Shown: piece after piece, positions 35,569-48,280 of the stretch
Layout: each line of letters starts with the position of its first letter
Numbering within the stretch: the first letter of the stretch is position 1
Assembly (NCBI GenBank): GCA_951406725.2
Contig: OX597818.1
Span: 55,428,001 to 55,492,000 of the forward strand
Direction of reading: 5' to 3'
DNA: 64,000 nucleotides
DNA from: Octopus vulgaris
Lineage: Eukaryota
Notes under the pieces: model-generated
Database searches by the model: none
What the model was told of the DNA's origin: nothing
The model's input: the letters and a program-made list of their open reading frames with translations, nothing else
Position numbers and translations under genes: made by a program

Positions 35569-37424
35569 TGTCCTGATACATTACCAGGCAGTGGATCTCA
35601 TGGCTTCTGATCTCAACTGATTGGAAGTGTTTTCATGTACATTGTTTTGTCTTGGTATAAAAGATGGGCTGCAGCAAATATTCTGCTCAATACCACAGCT
35701 TTGCTTGTCAGTTGTTTGACCTTAACCAGCTGAACATATCCCTTGATAGGTATTTGAGGCTTCGTATATTTTACCCCAGTGTCACTCTGATGACATACGC
35801 TGCTCTCTCACTCAACAGTAATAATAATAATAATTATGACTTCAAATAATCTTTTTTCCCACTACCTTTCCTCCTTCCATATATTGTTTCATTCTTTTAT
35901 TTTCCTTTTGATAAAGGGCTTGTGTCCAAAGCGTCAAAACTCTTTCTCTCCATTTTAAACGTTAAGCTAATACATTTCTTAAATATTCTCTCTCCTGTGT
36001 TGTCTTCCTGTTTCCTTTTCTTTTTTCCTTAATGTCATACATGTAGTTGTGTGTATATATCTATGTATGAGTATATAAGGATCTCAGTCGTTCGATGAAG
36101 AAGATTCAGTTGTCCATTAACTGAAACTTTTTCCTGAAATAAAGGAGGAGAAAGAAAGAAATTAACAGAAAATTAAGATTGGAGAAATATAGTTCGATAG
36201 ATGCATGGGAATAAAGCTTAAAAGCGTGGAAATAGATATATGTAGTGGAAATTAAATGTAAGGCAGTTCAAGGTGGAATTTTATAGAGTGGTAGAAATTA
36301 CTTATAGGAACTAAAGGTATATTTTTGCTAATGTTTGCAACGATAAACGCGTTCTTTAAGCGGGTTTACAAGAGAATCCTCCGAGAACAGAATGAGATAT
36401 TGTTTTTCGTTATAAAGCGGACAAAAAGATTTACCTTTATCATATGGAAAGGATCTAGTTAGAATATTCCATTCCAAATCAAATTATTTATTATGTTCCT
36501 TTAGAGACCAAATTAATTTACTAAGCCCAGTATTGTTTCGTTTATTGATATGTATAAATGTAGAATAATGGTTAGATATTTTCGACAACTAAGATGAAGA
36601 ACTGGCATCTGAACCGAAAGTAACTTTACATTGACATATACGTGTATGTGTGTATGTATGCGTGTGTTTGTGCGCGCGCACGTACTCATTGCTGGGACAC
36701 GAACTCTTTGAAGTTTAGTTAATGAAATCGCTACTTTTGTGTCGCTACTTATTTTAGCTTGCTAGTTATTTTATCGATATCTATTTGTCAAACCGATTAG
36801 TTATGTGGTTCTGGTTTGTCACGACAGTCGTGATCAACTTAGGACGCGATTCAAAGCAACTTCCTATGTTTTCGATATAATATTTATAAATGCTCTATAT
36901 AAAATACGTCTATATATATTCTAGAATTCTTACACTGCAACACAGACACAAACGCGCGCGCACTCGCATACTTATACATTGTATGTGGGTGGTTGAATGC
37001 TTGTGATATTTGTTCCGCACGAGTTGCACAGGTATTCCTTTGTCCCAATCGCTTTTGTTAACAATGCAGTGAGCTGATGTTTGTAAGCCTTTAACCAAGA
37101 AAAGCATTGTTCACAAAATGCAATATAAAATTATACATACATACATACATACTGCAAATATTTTTCTTTTATTGAAACCGTACTGGCGGGTGCACATGCT
37201 TCTTAAATTCGCTCGTATGCTTTTGTTAAGCGCCGAGAAGAAAAAATAAGAAAGAGTTATAACAAACTCTACATACTTGTGTTAAATCACATAAAATCTT
37301 TTAATGAAAAAAATCCATTGAAGTGTGCAATGGCGACGTCCTGGGAAGCTTTTTTATTGCTGCTATTCAGCCCTGGGTCCACTGTAATCGAGCATACTTC
37401 TCATAGGATATGTTCTGACTGCAA

Positions 37425-38645
37425 GGCGGCGAGCTGGCAGAATCGTTAGCACGCCGGGCGAAATGCTTAACGGTGGTATTTCGTCTGCCGTTACGTTCTG
37501 AGTTCAAATTCCGCCGAGGTCGACTCTGCCTTTCATCCTTTCGGGGTCGATAAATTAAGTACCAGTTAAACACTGGGGTTGATGTAATCGACTTAATCCG
37601 TTTGTCTGTCCTTGTTTGTCCTCTCTGTGTTTAGCCCCTTGTGAGTAGTAAAGAAATAGGTATTTCGTCTGCCGCTACGTTCTGAGTTCAAATACCGCCG
37701 AGGTCGACTTTGCCTTTCATCCTTTCGGGGTGGATAAAATAAGTACCAATTCTTGGTTAAAGGCTTACAGACATCAGCTCACTGCATTGTTAACAAAGGC
37801 GATTGGGACAAAGGAATACCTGTGCAACTCGTGCGGAACAAATATCACAAGCATTCAACCACCCACACACAATGTATAAGTATGCGAGTGCGTGCGCGTG
37901 TGCGTGTGTGTGCGCGTTTGTGTCTGTGTTGCAGTGTAAGAATTCTAGAATATATATAGACGTATTTTATATAGAGCATTTATAAATATTATATCGAAAA
38001 CATAGGAAGTTGCTTTGAATCGCGCCCTAAGTTGATGCAATCGACTTAATCCGTTTGTCTGTCCTTGTTTGTCCTCTCTGTGTTTAGCCCCTTGTGAGTA
38101 GTAAAGAAATAGGTATTTCGTCTGCCGCTACGTTCTGAGTTCAAATACTGCCGAGGTCGACTTTGCCTTTCATCCTTTCGGGGTCGATAAATTAAGTACC
38201 AGTTAAACACTGGGGTTGATGTAATCGACTTAATCCGTTTGTCTGTCCTTGTTTGTCCTCTCTGTCTTTAGCCCATTGTGGGCAGTAAAGAAATAGGTAT
38301 CTCGTCTGTATTTATGTTCCGAGTTCAAATTCCACCAAGGTCGACTTTGCCTTTCATCCTTTCGGGGTCGATTAAATAAGTATCAGTTACGCACTGGGGT
38401 CGATATAATCAATTTAATCCGTTTGTCTGTCCTTGTTTGTCTTTTCTGTGTTTAGCCCCTTGTGGGTAGTAAAGAAATAGGTATTTCGTCTGTCTTTACG
38501 TTTTGAGTTGAAATTCCGCCGAGGTCGACTTTGCCTTTCATCCTTTCGGGGTCGATAAATTAAGTACCAGTTGTGTACTGAAGTTGATCTTATCGACTGG
38601 CTCTCTCCCCAAAAATTTCGGGCCTTGTGCCTAGAGTAGACAAGG
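37425..38645 (+). mobile_element. SINE family B tandem array (one head, five ~184-bp body units)
   Basis: Unit restarts at 37660, 38113, 38297 and 38481. The second unit is interrupted by an inverted copy of 36833-37101. Confidence 0.92.
37750..38036 (-). repeat. Inverted duplication of local sequence 36833-37101
   Basis: Near-identical reverse complement; also visible as twin ORFs 36910..37107(-) and 37753..37959(+). Confidence 0.95.
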
Positions 38646-38994
38646 ATATTTCTGGCTAAACTTTCCGTCTTGTGAGGGGTATATAGAATTTCATAATCAA
38701 ATAGGCCTCTTCTTCATTGAAGTCCGTAGAAAATCATTTGCGGGAGATTTAGTTGTTATTTCTCGTAGGTTGAGTGACTACATAGAGCATTGATTTTCAA
38801 TCATCTTTTACTAATGAACTTCTTTGATTACTATTTTATTCTTACAGGAACCCCTCCCCCCTAGCCATTCGATATTTAAAAACTAGTTTTATAGATACTT
38901 CTTTCAAAATTGCTATTTTGTTTTTCACCCATTCACTTGTATGGGGTTGAAATTGCATTCACTGGGAGAACATGTTTCGGTGGCTGGAAAGATA

Positions 38995-39397
38995 TCTTTA
39001 TATATAAATGTGAGGTTGTGTGCTGTCTGTCTCCGACTATTTAGATTCCTAACTACTCCCACATTTTGCGGTGCAGTTTAACCAAAACCGGGTATCTTAT
39101 AGTCGGGATTCATATCGAGCCCTTCTGGGTATTAGCGTGCGTCTACGATGAGTCTACGATTTTAAAAATAATTTACCATAATTTTTTTCCATTTTAATGC
39201 ATTTTTTCGCTATTATATAAGGGAAGTAACTCTCTAAAAATGTCTACGATGAGTCAACGATTTTGAAAAAAATTTACCATAATTTTTTTTCCATTTTTAA
39301 TGCATTTTTTTTTGCTATTTTTTGGCTATAACTCTCTAAAAATTCTTATATAGTTATTTCCCTTACAAACCCGAGCAACGCCGGGCGATACTGCTAG
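38995..39397 (+). mobile_element. Non-autonomous Helitron
   Basis: A|TC...CTAG|T with the same 3' hairpin as 12110-12483. Confidence 0.9.
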
Positions 39398-40147
39398 TTA
39401 AATGATAAAACGTTAGAGAAAGAAATCTGGTTGTGTCCTGCAATAAATACATTTAAATCCAAAAGTTTTCATGGACCCTAAAAATACTACTGTGAATCCC
39501 CAGTTTACTACTTGCGTAGACCCACAAGATCATGAGCTCAATTCCCGGCGATACGTTGTGTCCTTGAGCAAGACACTTTATTTTCACATTGCTCCAGTTC
39601 ACTCAGCTGGCAAACATGAGTAGTACCTGTATTTCAAAGGGCCAGCCTTATCACACTCTGTGTCACAATGAATCTCCATGAGAACTATGTTAAGGGTACC
39701 CATGTCTGCGGGGTGCTCATCCACATACACGTTAATTTCAAGTGCAGGCTGTTCTGTTAACCGGGTCAACTTGAACTTACCTCGTCGTAACCGACGGAGT
39801 TCCAATCAATATTCCTAATAAATATCATAAATAGTTAACTTTCTTACACTTTCTTTTCATATTCCTTGCGTTCATTTACTGTCCAGAAATCTTACACCCA
39901 GCCCCGTTTCTGCCGTCCCTGTACCCCCTCCAATAACTGCCCTTCCTCATCCTATCCAAAGTCTCCAGAAAACTCGACTCGACGTCAGATTGTCTGAAAC
40001 TAACTCCAACACTCCCTTTTTTTTACATCCCCCACCTCCCTTCCTTCACTGCACCACCCCCCACAGACTTTCATCACCGAAGGAAGTGATTTAAATTACT
40101 TACAAGACTTTCTCTACTTCAAACATGATTCATTCCTTGTCTCTTTC

Positions 40148-40368
40148 CTTCTTCTTCTTCTTCTTCTTCTTCTTCTTCTTCTTCTTCTTCTTCTTCTTCT
40201 TCTTCTTCTTCTTCTTCTTCTTCTTCTTCTTCTTCTTCTTCTTCTTCTTCTTCTTCTTCTTCTTCTTCTTCTTCTTCTTCTTCTTCTTCTTCTTCTTCTT
40301 CTTCTTCTTCTTCTTCTTCTTCTTCTTCTTCTTCTTCTTCTTCTTCTTCTTCTTCTTCTTCTTCTTCT
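40148..40368. repeat. Pure (CTT)n, about 73 units
   Basis: Directly visible. Confidence 0.97.
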
Positions 40369-41637
40369 ATGTATGTATGTATGTATGTATGTATGTATGT
40401 ATGTATGTATGTATGTATGTATATATGTATGTATATGTATATGTATGTATGTAACGAAAGTAAGCAAATGGTAATTCCATCCAGTCGGAATCTCAGAGGA
40501 ACGGTCTTTTAATGGCACCTTATCCTCCTCTGTGAAGCTATTCGCTCCAGTGACATCGGATGGCACTTGTTAGTAAGTGATGAAGCGTGGAAAGACACGG
40601 TTTCTTTTGAATATCAAACACTCATAAAGATTAAATAGAACATTTCGCATGAAATACTGGCACCATTTTAAGATTGATTTTCAATATTATGGTATTACTA
40701 ATCTAACGGTCGTTCCGTCCTGGACACCGTTTCGGGGATACGCATTCTTTGTGCTCCCACCCCACGCATCCCAGAATAATTTGGAGGCTTATTGCTGGTT
40801 GTACCGACAGGTGGAGACTGCTACATATTTTTCGAACAGACCCCCTCCATTTAGGGTTCCAACTCGTTCCTTGTTAACCCGCGTAATAAAATAAATAAAT
40901 AAATAAATGTCTGTCCTTGTTTGTCCCTTCTGTGTTTAGCCCCTTGTGGGTAGTAAAGAAATAGGTATTTCGTCTACCGTTACGTTCTGAGTTCAAATTC
41001 CGCTGAGGTCGACTTTGCCTTTCATCCTTTCGGGGTCGATAGATTAAGTACCAGTTGAGTACTAGGGTCGATCTGATCGACTTGCCACTTCCTCCAAAAT
41101 GTCGGGCTTTGTGCTTAGAATAGAAACGAATATTGCTGACCATGTACTAAAACTTGAAATGATATTAATGCCGGTTATCAAGACAGCTTTCTGCTGGAGA
41201 AAGTCATTACGTGGTCACCGACCTGCTAAACATAGAAACCCAAAAACCTTCAAATTACGCTCAACTGTCTTTAAGATACGTTAGATGATATCGCTTTAAG
41301 TATTCTAATTCTGAGAAAAAATACAGGATGGCCACACTTGGAATGCATTCGGCGATCCTTAACTTATTTTTCAGAAATCTGTTAAGACTTCCAGTTGTCT
41401 GTGTGTGTGTGTGTAATATATATAATGTATATAAAGCTTGTATTTGTATGTATAGTACGTGTGCATATATATTTGTAGATGCAGGATGTACGGTTTCATA
41501 AAGATCCGCTTGACACGTTGGAAAAAACCCACAGTTGAAAACAGGATGTTTTAGTAGCAACACAGCTGACCTCTACTTTCTTTTTCTAATCAGGTTCTTT
41601 CGAGCCAGTGGACGGCCCTGTATGTAGTTGCTCGAGG

Positions 41638-41866
41638 GAGGCGAGCTGGCAGAAACGTTAGCAAGCCGGGCGAAATGCGTAGCCGTATTTCGTCTGCCGT
41701 TACGTTCTGAGTTCAAATTCCGCCGAGGTCAACTTTGCCTTTCATCCTTTCGGGGTCGATAAATTAAGTACCAGTTACGCACTGGGGTCGATGTAATCGA
41801 CTTAATCCGTTTGTCTGTTCTTGTTTGTCCCCTCTGTGTTTAGCCCCTTTTGGGTAGTAAAGAAAT
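41638..41866 (+). mobile_element. SINE family B monomer with TSD
   Basis: 17-bp TSD tgtatgtagttgctcga. Confidence 0.92.
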
Positions 41867-42114
41867 ATGTATGTAGTTGCTCGATATCCTAAAAGTAGCA
41901 ATGAAATCTTACATATTAATCTTTTAATCCTAAATCATGTAGATATGATTTTTAATTGTATCTGGTATTGGTGTCCTCATCCCGGAGTTCAAGGATTTTA
42001 AGGAATTGTAGAACCACCTGTTAACCACCATCGTTCCCAGGTCTATTCTGACCTGGAGTCAGGACACCTGTCACTGACTCAGGTACGGTACCACTAGCAT
42101 GTCACGGAATTGTC

Positions 42115-42691
42115 AGGCGTGGCTATGTGGTAAGTAGCTTGCTTACCAAGCACATTGTTTCGGGTTTAGTCCCACTGCGTGGTACCTTGGGCATGTGTCT
42201 TCTACTATAGCCTCGGATCGACCAAAGCCTTGTGAGTGGATTTGGTAGATGGAAACTGAAAAAAGCCCGTCGCATATATATGTGTGTGTGTGTGTCTTTT
42301 TTATTCTTTTATTTGTCTCAGTCAATTGACTGCGGCCATGCTGGAGCACCGCCTTTAGTCGAACAAATCGACACCAGAACTTATTCTTTGTAAGCCTAGT
42401 ACTTATTCTATCGGTCTCTTTGCCGAACCGCGAAGTTAAGAGGACGTAAACACACCAATGTCGGTTGTCAAGCGATGGTGGGGAACAAACACAGATACAG
42501 ACACACACACACACACACATGTATATATATACGACGGGCTTCTTTCGTTTTCCATCTACCAAATCCACTCACAAGGCTTTGGTCGGCCCGACGTATAGTA
42601 GAAGACACTTGCCCAATGTATCACACAGTGGGACTGGACTCGGAATCATGTGGTTGGTAAGCAAGCTACTTACCACACAGCCACGCCTTCA

Positions 42692-42747
<56 letters not shown>

Positions 42748-42810
42748 ATACTTGCATACATACATGTAATGTATATGAGTATATGCATATCTATACGCAT
42801 GTAAGTAGGT

Positions 42811-42891
<81 letters not shown>

Positions 42892-43125
42892 GCAGACAGA
42901 TAGATAGATAGATAGATAGACAGAGAGACTGACAGACTAATATTTAGATAGATAGATAGATAGATAGACACGTGCTTAAGAAGTTTGGTTTGTGTGTGGT
43001 GGTTCGGCAAAGGGAACTGATAGAATAAGTACTAGGCTTACAAAGTATAAGTCCTGGAGTCGATTTGATCGGCTAAAGGCGGTGCTCCAGCATGACCACA
43101 GTCAATTGGCTGAAACAAGTAAAAG
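42115..43125. mobile_element. SINE A cluster: plus 5' part, full minus copy (42297-42690), plus 3' part
   Basis: Family A matches on both strands, separated by (TA)n/(GATA)n. Confidence 0.82.
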
Positions 43126-44440
43126 ACTGTGTGTGTACACATACACATGTAGTTGTCTCCACCCGCACCCCCAACAACCTACAAGCCATCCAGCATATGT
43201 TTTTTAGATCAACAACACCCTCCTGGATACCATTCTACCGAATGACCAACATCGTCAGTGACCAAAACCCAGTGACCACCATTCCTTCTTCCAGACTCCA
43301 ACCACTCAACACCACTCCCCAACCTCACCATCCATTAAAAATAACTTGTTAATTCCCCAAAATTAATAACAAACAAGTATGTTTTCCCAATCACCACCTT
43401 CGTTTCTTCCCCCACCATCCACACTTCCACCACAGCCAGACCACATAATCGTTTTCGATTAGAATTTGTTCCCATCCCGGACTATTACTGTCTCCAGATA
43501 CATTTATACCAATTAACCCCCCCCCCCCACACACACACCCTAATGTACCCATACACACCCTTAATAGAATTAAATTCACAAACAAACAAGTGTGTTTATT
43601 TAATTTCTCTGCCACCCTACCAAAACAAAAATCATTCCAACGGCAGTAGACATCTTACAAATTCTATCTAACTTTATTTTTGTCTTTTTGTCGGCGGCCA
43701 TAAACCGTATGTCCAAAATGCACTTTATATATCGTAACTGCATCCTCTTAATCAACCAGTATATACTCTTAATCTATCACATACGCCCACATAAATGTAT
43801 ACGACAAAAAGCAGAATAGAAAGAAAGAAAAACTCATAAAAAGACGTGATACTAGTGTACTTAATGCCATGTGCGACAAATAAATAAATAAATAAATACA
43901 TCAATAAGTAGATAAATAAAATTTAATTATAACTTCCTCGTTAGAGAACGTAAACAAAAGCCTAGCGGCAATTCGGCAATTATTAGTGGTGCTCTTAGAA
44001 AGGGGGAGATAATTTCAAGAGAGGAATTACTGATAAGATTTGTGTGTGAGTGAGTGTGTCTGTGTGGGGGGGGTTAAGTCTATGTGTGTGTGTGTGTGCG
44101 TGCAGGTGTATGTATGTGTGTATGTGAGTGTGTGTGTGTAAGTCTATGTGTGTGCGTGCGTGCACGTGTGTGAGTGTATGCGTGCGTGTATGTATATATA
44201 TATGTGTGTGTGTGTATGTATGTATATGCGTGTGTATGTGTATATGTGTGTGTGTGTGTGTGTGTTTACTGCATTCAGTTAATTAAGCTTTAACTTAATT
44301 GTCCAAACTGATACTTCTAACTCAATTGATTTATATCCCTTAGCTCATTTTAGTTGGGAATTTCCGTTTATAATGTAATATAATATAATATTGTCTTGTA
44401 TGATATCATATATATACATGCATATGTGTGTTTATGTATG

Positions 44441-44486
<46 letters not shown>

Positions 44487-44637
44487 AGTGAGAATTTACA
44501 AAAAATAACAAAAGACGAAGAGGGGTGTGTAAACAACAAGTAGATATATTAGTTTAACGCTCGGGAAGTGAGAAAGTATTTTACGTTTCGAGCCTACGCT
44601 CTTCGGCAGAAAGGAACACAGAAATAAACAGGGAAAG
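44487..44637 (-). mobile_element. pLTR-like short repeat with A6C-variant hammerhead (44578-44613)
   Basis: Minus strand TTT-CTGCCGA-A-GAGC(gtag)GCTC-GAAA-CG-TA-AAA; homologous to 47370-47520. Confidence 0.7.
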
Positions 44638-44642
44638 ACCAA

Positions 44643-45041
44643 ACATTCACGGTATCTAAATGCAATGATAGCCGATGTGGCACATGCCAATTCATACATA
44701 CCGGTCAATATATAAACACAAAAACCGGGAAAATATTCACAAACGCGAATATGAACTGCAAAAGCAGAAATTTAATTTACTGCATCAAATGCCCAAATTG
44801 TGAAGAAATATATGTAGGTCAGACGGGAAACGCACTATTAGAACGCTCACGTGTACACCGGCAACAGATTAGAGACCCAGAGGTCCGTCAGATACCTTTG
44901 AGTAACCACCTAGCAACATGTGGTCGGAAAATATATATAATATTTCCATTCTACAAATTACACAGCCCAAGTGAAATCGAGAGGAAAATCAGAGAAAAGA
45001 ATTTTATTGATAAATTCGAACCCAAGCTAAATAAGCAATAA
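44643..45041 (+). pseudogene. PLE Cys-rich linker and GIY-YIG endonuclease (5'-truncated, Neptune-like)
   Basis: In-frame KCNDSRCGTC...MNCKSRNLIYCIKCPNCEEIYVGQTG...R..VH...REKNFIDKFEPKLN. Confidence 0.9.
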
Positions 45042-45535
45042 TAATAATACTTAGAGGTATTACTTCCACTGCTACGACCATGACCACTAACAACAACAAC
45101 AATACTAAAGGTGATCAAGACGAAGATAGCAGGAAAATTATCTTATTTAGGGTTAAAAGTTCTATTGCCACCTCCATCACCACTAGCAACAATAATTAAG
45201 GTGCTGACAACGATGATGATGACAATTGAAATATAAAAATATAAAAATCTCTGACAAAGGATATTTACAACATTTCTAAAAATAACCCAACAATTGCTGC
45301 TTCGGCCAGGGTCAAGATACAGGACTCTTGACCTGTCCAACAAAGCGTGATGCCTAAACCAATCAGCTCAACCAACCAATCAGCTTAAGTAATTGAGTGA
45401 TACTACACACTGATTGGTCAGAATACAGTTTGCAAAACCTAGCACTCTGGAGCCTACCCAGCTGTATTTATAGCACAGAATCACTCATCTTGCTACAGTC
45501 AAAAATTGTGAAGCATGACTGTCAACACTACTACA

Positions 45536-45580
45536 TGAACCCGAAGATTGCAGAATTCAATGCATGAAAGTACTAGTTCA
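45536..45580 (+). ncRNA. Hammerhead motif (U4C variant) in the 3' pLTR of that PLE
   Basis: TGAAC-CCGAAGA-T-TGCA(gaattcaa)TGCA-T-GAAA-GTAC-TA-GTTCA; palindromic AGTACT stem III. Confidence 0.75.
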
Positions 45581-45742
45581 ATCAGAATGAATATTTAACA
45601 TTCTACTATTTCATTTTATTTTATTCAATTATAATATATTATCTTATAATATATCATTATAAGATTGTAAATAAAACGTGAAAATCAGACAAGGTTGGAA
45701 TTCTTTTTATTAATATATTCTTCTATACACAATCACACACAC

Positions 45743-45782
<40 letters not shown>

Positions 45783-45808
45783 ACACGTATATATATATAC
45801 ACATTTCT

Positions 45809-45949
45809 TTATTTTTCTTAACGAAGAATATTATTGATAGTGACCTCAAAATTTTGGCTAGTTTAGCCATCATCGGACTGTAGTCCGTCGATGGCTTAAC
45901 TGTTGGAAATTTCGAAGTCACTGTCAATAATATTCTTGTTTAAAAATAA
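45809..45949. mobile_element. Old palindromic element pivoting on a decayed hammerhead
   Basis: Arms 45824-45879 / 45882-45937. Minus strand reads CCGATGA-T-GGCTA(aac)TAGCC-AAAA. Confidence 0.65.
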
Positions 45950-46020
45950 CAATTTGTACTCTACGAAAGTATAGAGTAACCCATCAGATTAAAGTAAAAT
46001 TGTTTTTATCATAACTTAAC

Positions 46021-46051
<31 letters not shown>

Positions 46052-47000
46052 TGTATGTATGTATGTATGTATGTATGTATGCATGTATGTGTGTGTATGT
46101 GTGTGTGTGTGGAGTGAATAAGTGAGTATCGTGTTTTGTTGCTTGTGTTTGAGGCGCACTTATAATCCTTTGTTTATTTTTACCATCGAAAAGCAAAAAG
46201 TTGTGGAAACCGGTTAAGTATTTGAATAAATCTATTACAAAATTTTAAAATGACTTCACGTTTTGAGATTCCGATGCGTTTTCAAATCCCAAAATAAATT
46301 CTCCCACACACACACATATATATATATATATAACTCTGAGACCACCTTATAGTGGAAGCAGCTGTAAGCTAATAAAGGTCATACCAGAATAGTTTTATTC
46401 TTTTGTCATTTCTCTTCTTGTATATATATTAAATGGAAAGTAATTGAGAAATTCATACCTTATGTAAATGGATCAAATAAATGTAGACTTTGTTTGGCTG
46501 AAATAGTGCGTATCCTGTTCATATCAAAGATCCCAAACTCTCTACTGAACTCCAGGTTAGAAATGTTCAGTAGTTGCATGCATATGTACAAATATATTTT
46601 GAAGAATTGGAAATCTCCGCCTATTCCTGGATGACTTGATATCTTTCCAGCCTTATCATTTAAGGTCTAAGGAGGATAACTCTTTTGCCTCTTTACCTTT
46701 TATTTTAGATATTTGGTTTCTGTTTTTCGTTTTCGGCTTTTCGTTTTCTATTGTTTACTATCTGCGTTTTCTATATGCTGTCTTCTCAGTTTTTTCGCAT
46801 TTCTTCTATGATTCAACTTTTTTTTTTTAGTTCGTTATGATATGCGGTTTGCGTCTGAAAAATATATTTGAGTTCTCTTAACATATGAAACTATTAGTAG
46901 CGCTTTAATATATGTATTGTGACCTTTAAATAAATAATATTTATCTCTCACCAGATGGGGGTACTTTTTCTGTTGAATTTTCTACCACGGATCAGAACAT

Positions 47001-47031
<31 letters not shown>

Positions 47032-47094
47032 ATAGATAGATAGATACACACGTACACATGCGCACGCACACACATTCTTACATATATATATACA

Positions 47095-47332
47095 CAGGGT
47101 GTTCAAAAAGTCTCTTCGCAGTAAGTATTTAATGGTTTTCGGGCGATTCTTGTACACTGATCCTTAACTTGCTCCCCAGAAAAAAAAAACGTGTCTGGCG
47201 GTGTTAAATCAGTTGATCTTGGTGGCCAAAGTGCCTTCGAAATAATCCGTTCACCGAAAAACTCTTGAAGTAAAGCCATGGTGATACGCAGGATGAAAAA
47301 ATTCACTGCGGAGACACTTTTTGAACACTCTG
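47095..47332 (-). mobile_element. Tc1/mariner-superfamily deletion derivative
   Basis: TIR cagggtgttcaaaaagt / actttttgaacactctg+TA. Encodes FFGERIISKALWPPRSTDLTPPD (WPPRSPDLTP motif). Confidence 0.88.
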
Positions 47333-47369
47333 TATGTATGTACAGTATGTATGTAACAAACACATCTTT

Positions 47370-47520
47370 TTTTTACTCTCCTTGTTTTTTTCTGTGTCCC
47401 TTTCTCGAGAAGAGCGTAGGCTCGAAACGTAAAAGACTTTTTTCAATTCCTGAGCGTTATACTAATACATCTGTTTGTTTTGTACTCCACCTGACTTCGT
47501 CTTTTGTTTTTCCGTGAACT
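47370..47520 (+). mobile_element. pLTR-like short repeat with degenerate hammerhead (47400-47435)
   Basis: CTTT-CTCGAGA-A-GAGC(gtag)GCTC-GAAA-CG-TA-AAAG; stems intact, core damaged. Confidence 0.65.
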
Positions 47521-47528
47521 CCCCCCCC

Positions 47529-47592
<64 letters not shown>

Positions 47593-47870
47593 GTATATAT
47601 ATGTATGTAGAGAACAGGATCTATTACGTGCCATCACCATTAATTTTCTTTACATTATTTATATATGCGTCATCTAATTGTTTAATGAATATTCTCAATT
47701 TTTCAACGGTCGTTGATGTTAGGGTTGTGACGTCACCACACCAAATATCTGTGGAAAAGATTATTAGTTATTTGTTTTATTATTAAAATGTACCCTCCTT
47801 GGTGTATCTGAAGTTTAAAACCAAACTGACTTTCTCCTCTGGATTCTTCGGATTTATTACACAACTTTAA

Positions 47871-48280
47871 GGCGCAGGAGTGGCTGTGTGGTAAGTAGCT
47901 TGCTAACCAACCACATGGTTGCGGGTTCAGTCCCACTGCGTGGTACCTTGGACAAGTGTCTTCTGCTATAGCCCCGGGCCGACCAATGCCTTGTGAGTGG
48001 ATTTGGTAGACGGAAACTGAAAGAAGCCTGTCGTATATATGTATATTTATATATGTGTGTGTGTGTTTGTGTGTCTGTGTTTGTCCCCCTAGCATTGCTT
48101 GACAACCGATGCTGGTGTGTTTACGTCCCCGTCACTTAGCGGTTCGGCAAAAAGAGACCGATAGAATAAGTACTGGGCTTACAAAAGAATAAGTCCCGGG
48201 GTCGATTTGCTCGACTAAAGGCGGTGCTCCAGCATGGCCGCAGTCAAATGACTGAAACAAGTAAAAGAGTAAAGAGAGAG
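47871..48280 (+). mobile_element. SINE family A (full length)
   Basis: Matches family A. A 5'-truncated copy follows at 48597-48745. Confidence 0.92.

Noticed and set aside
36586-36630. Very degenerate hammerhead-like strings (also near 13321-13367 and 36094-36130)
   Set aside because: Too many core and stem defects to distinguish from chance; not counted.
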